This document shows positions 63,700 through 64,000 of a stretch of 64,000 bases of DNA, one piece after another. The first letter of the stretch is position 1; each line of letters opens with the position of its first letter. Under the pieces are notes generated by a model. That model made no database searches, had not been told where the DNA came from, and saw only the letters and a program-made list of their open reading frames with translations. The DNA is from Neoechinorhynchus agilis (Eukaryota; Animalia; Acanthocephala), in NCBI GenBank assembly GCA_051530055.1, contig CM121342.1:6137489-6201488 (forward strand). Reading direction: 5' to 3'. Position numbers and translations under genes: made by a program.

Positions 63700-64000
63700 A
63701 AATGGATTTGAGTCAATTAAATTCCACGGCGATATTTCACTTGATGAAGATTCTGAGATATTTCCTTTTTTGTTATTAAAATCACGTCAAATGATGTTTT
63801 TGTTTTTAAAAGCTACTTAAAAAATGGGATTTGGAGAATGTGATTATTAAACACCGTCAAAATGAAGTTGTTTTTTCATGCTGTTCAAAAAAGTTTCTCT
63901 CTTTTGAATAAGATTTTCGCGAGATTCCTAGAGAAGAAATCGTTTATAATTCTTATTTAAGTGTTCCGAAAATTAAACTAAAAATGGATTTTAGCCAATT

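Larger units (their letters stand above)
60868..64000. repeat. Inverted segmental duplication, arm 2 (arm 1 about 47464-50592)
   Basis: Near-identical reverse complement; runs to the window end. Confidence 0.95.

Overview
Gene-dense, AT-rich eukaryotic (metazoan) genomic DNA. It is probably from a fast-evolving, compact-genome spiralian; this is inferred from an anion-type nAChR M2 motif and was not verified. Most introns are short (about 30-70 nt) GT-AG introns. Genes reconstructed by hand: GTF2H4/TFB2, lysyl-tRNA synthetase, an nAChR-family subunit, a TMEM8/PGAP6-like protein, a degenerate SGNH-fold ORF, Dopey/DOP1, CCDC6-like, PIG-T, ARPC5 and ARL8. XRCC1, a secreted ORF and clathrin light chain each occur twice in a recent inverted duplication. 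The window also holds a decayed Ty3/Gypsy element, a CRE-like non-LTR element, about 12 tandem arrays and several hairpins/MITEs. Main observation: at least six interruptions of conserved coding sequence (LysRS, nAChR x2, Dopey x2, PIG-T; a seventh candidate in CCDC6) restore the best-fitting protein only when cut at non-GT-AG ends. These inserts (70 to 4231 nt) sit at TA dinucleotides (xTA...wTA, one wTG). Each has its own imperfect terminal inverted repeat, which could pair its two ends. They look like a structure-guided non-canonical intron class or TA-bounded, IES-like DNA elements that are excised. Gene models and homolog comparisons were made by eye against recalled family consensus, with no searches run. 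Repeat boundaries are approximate.
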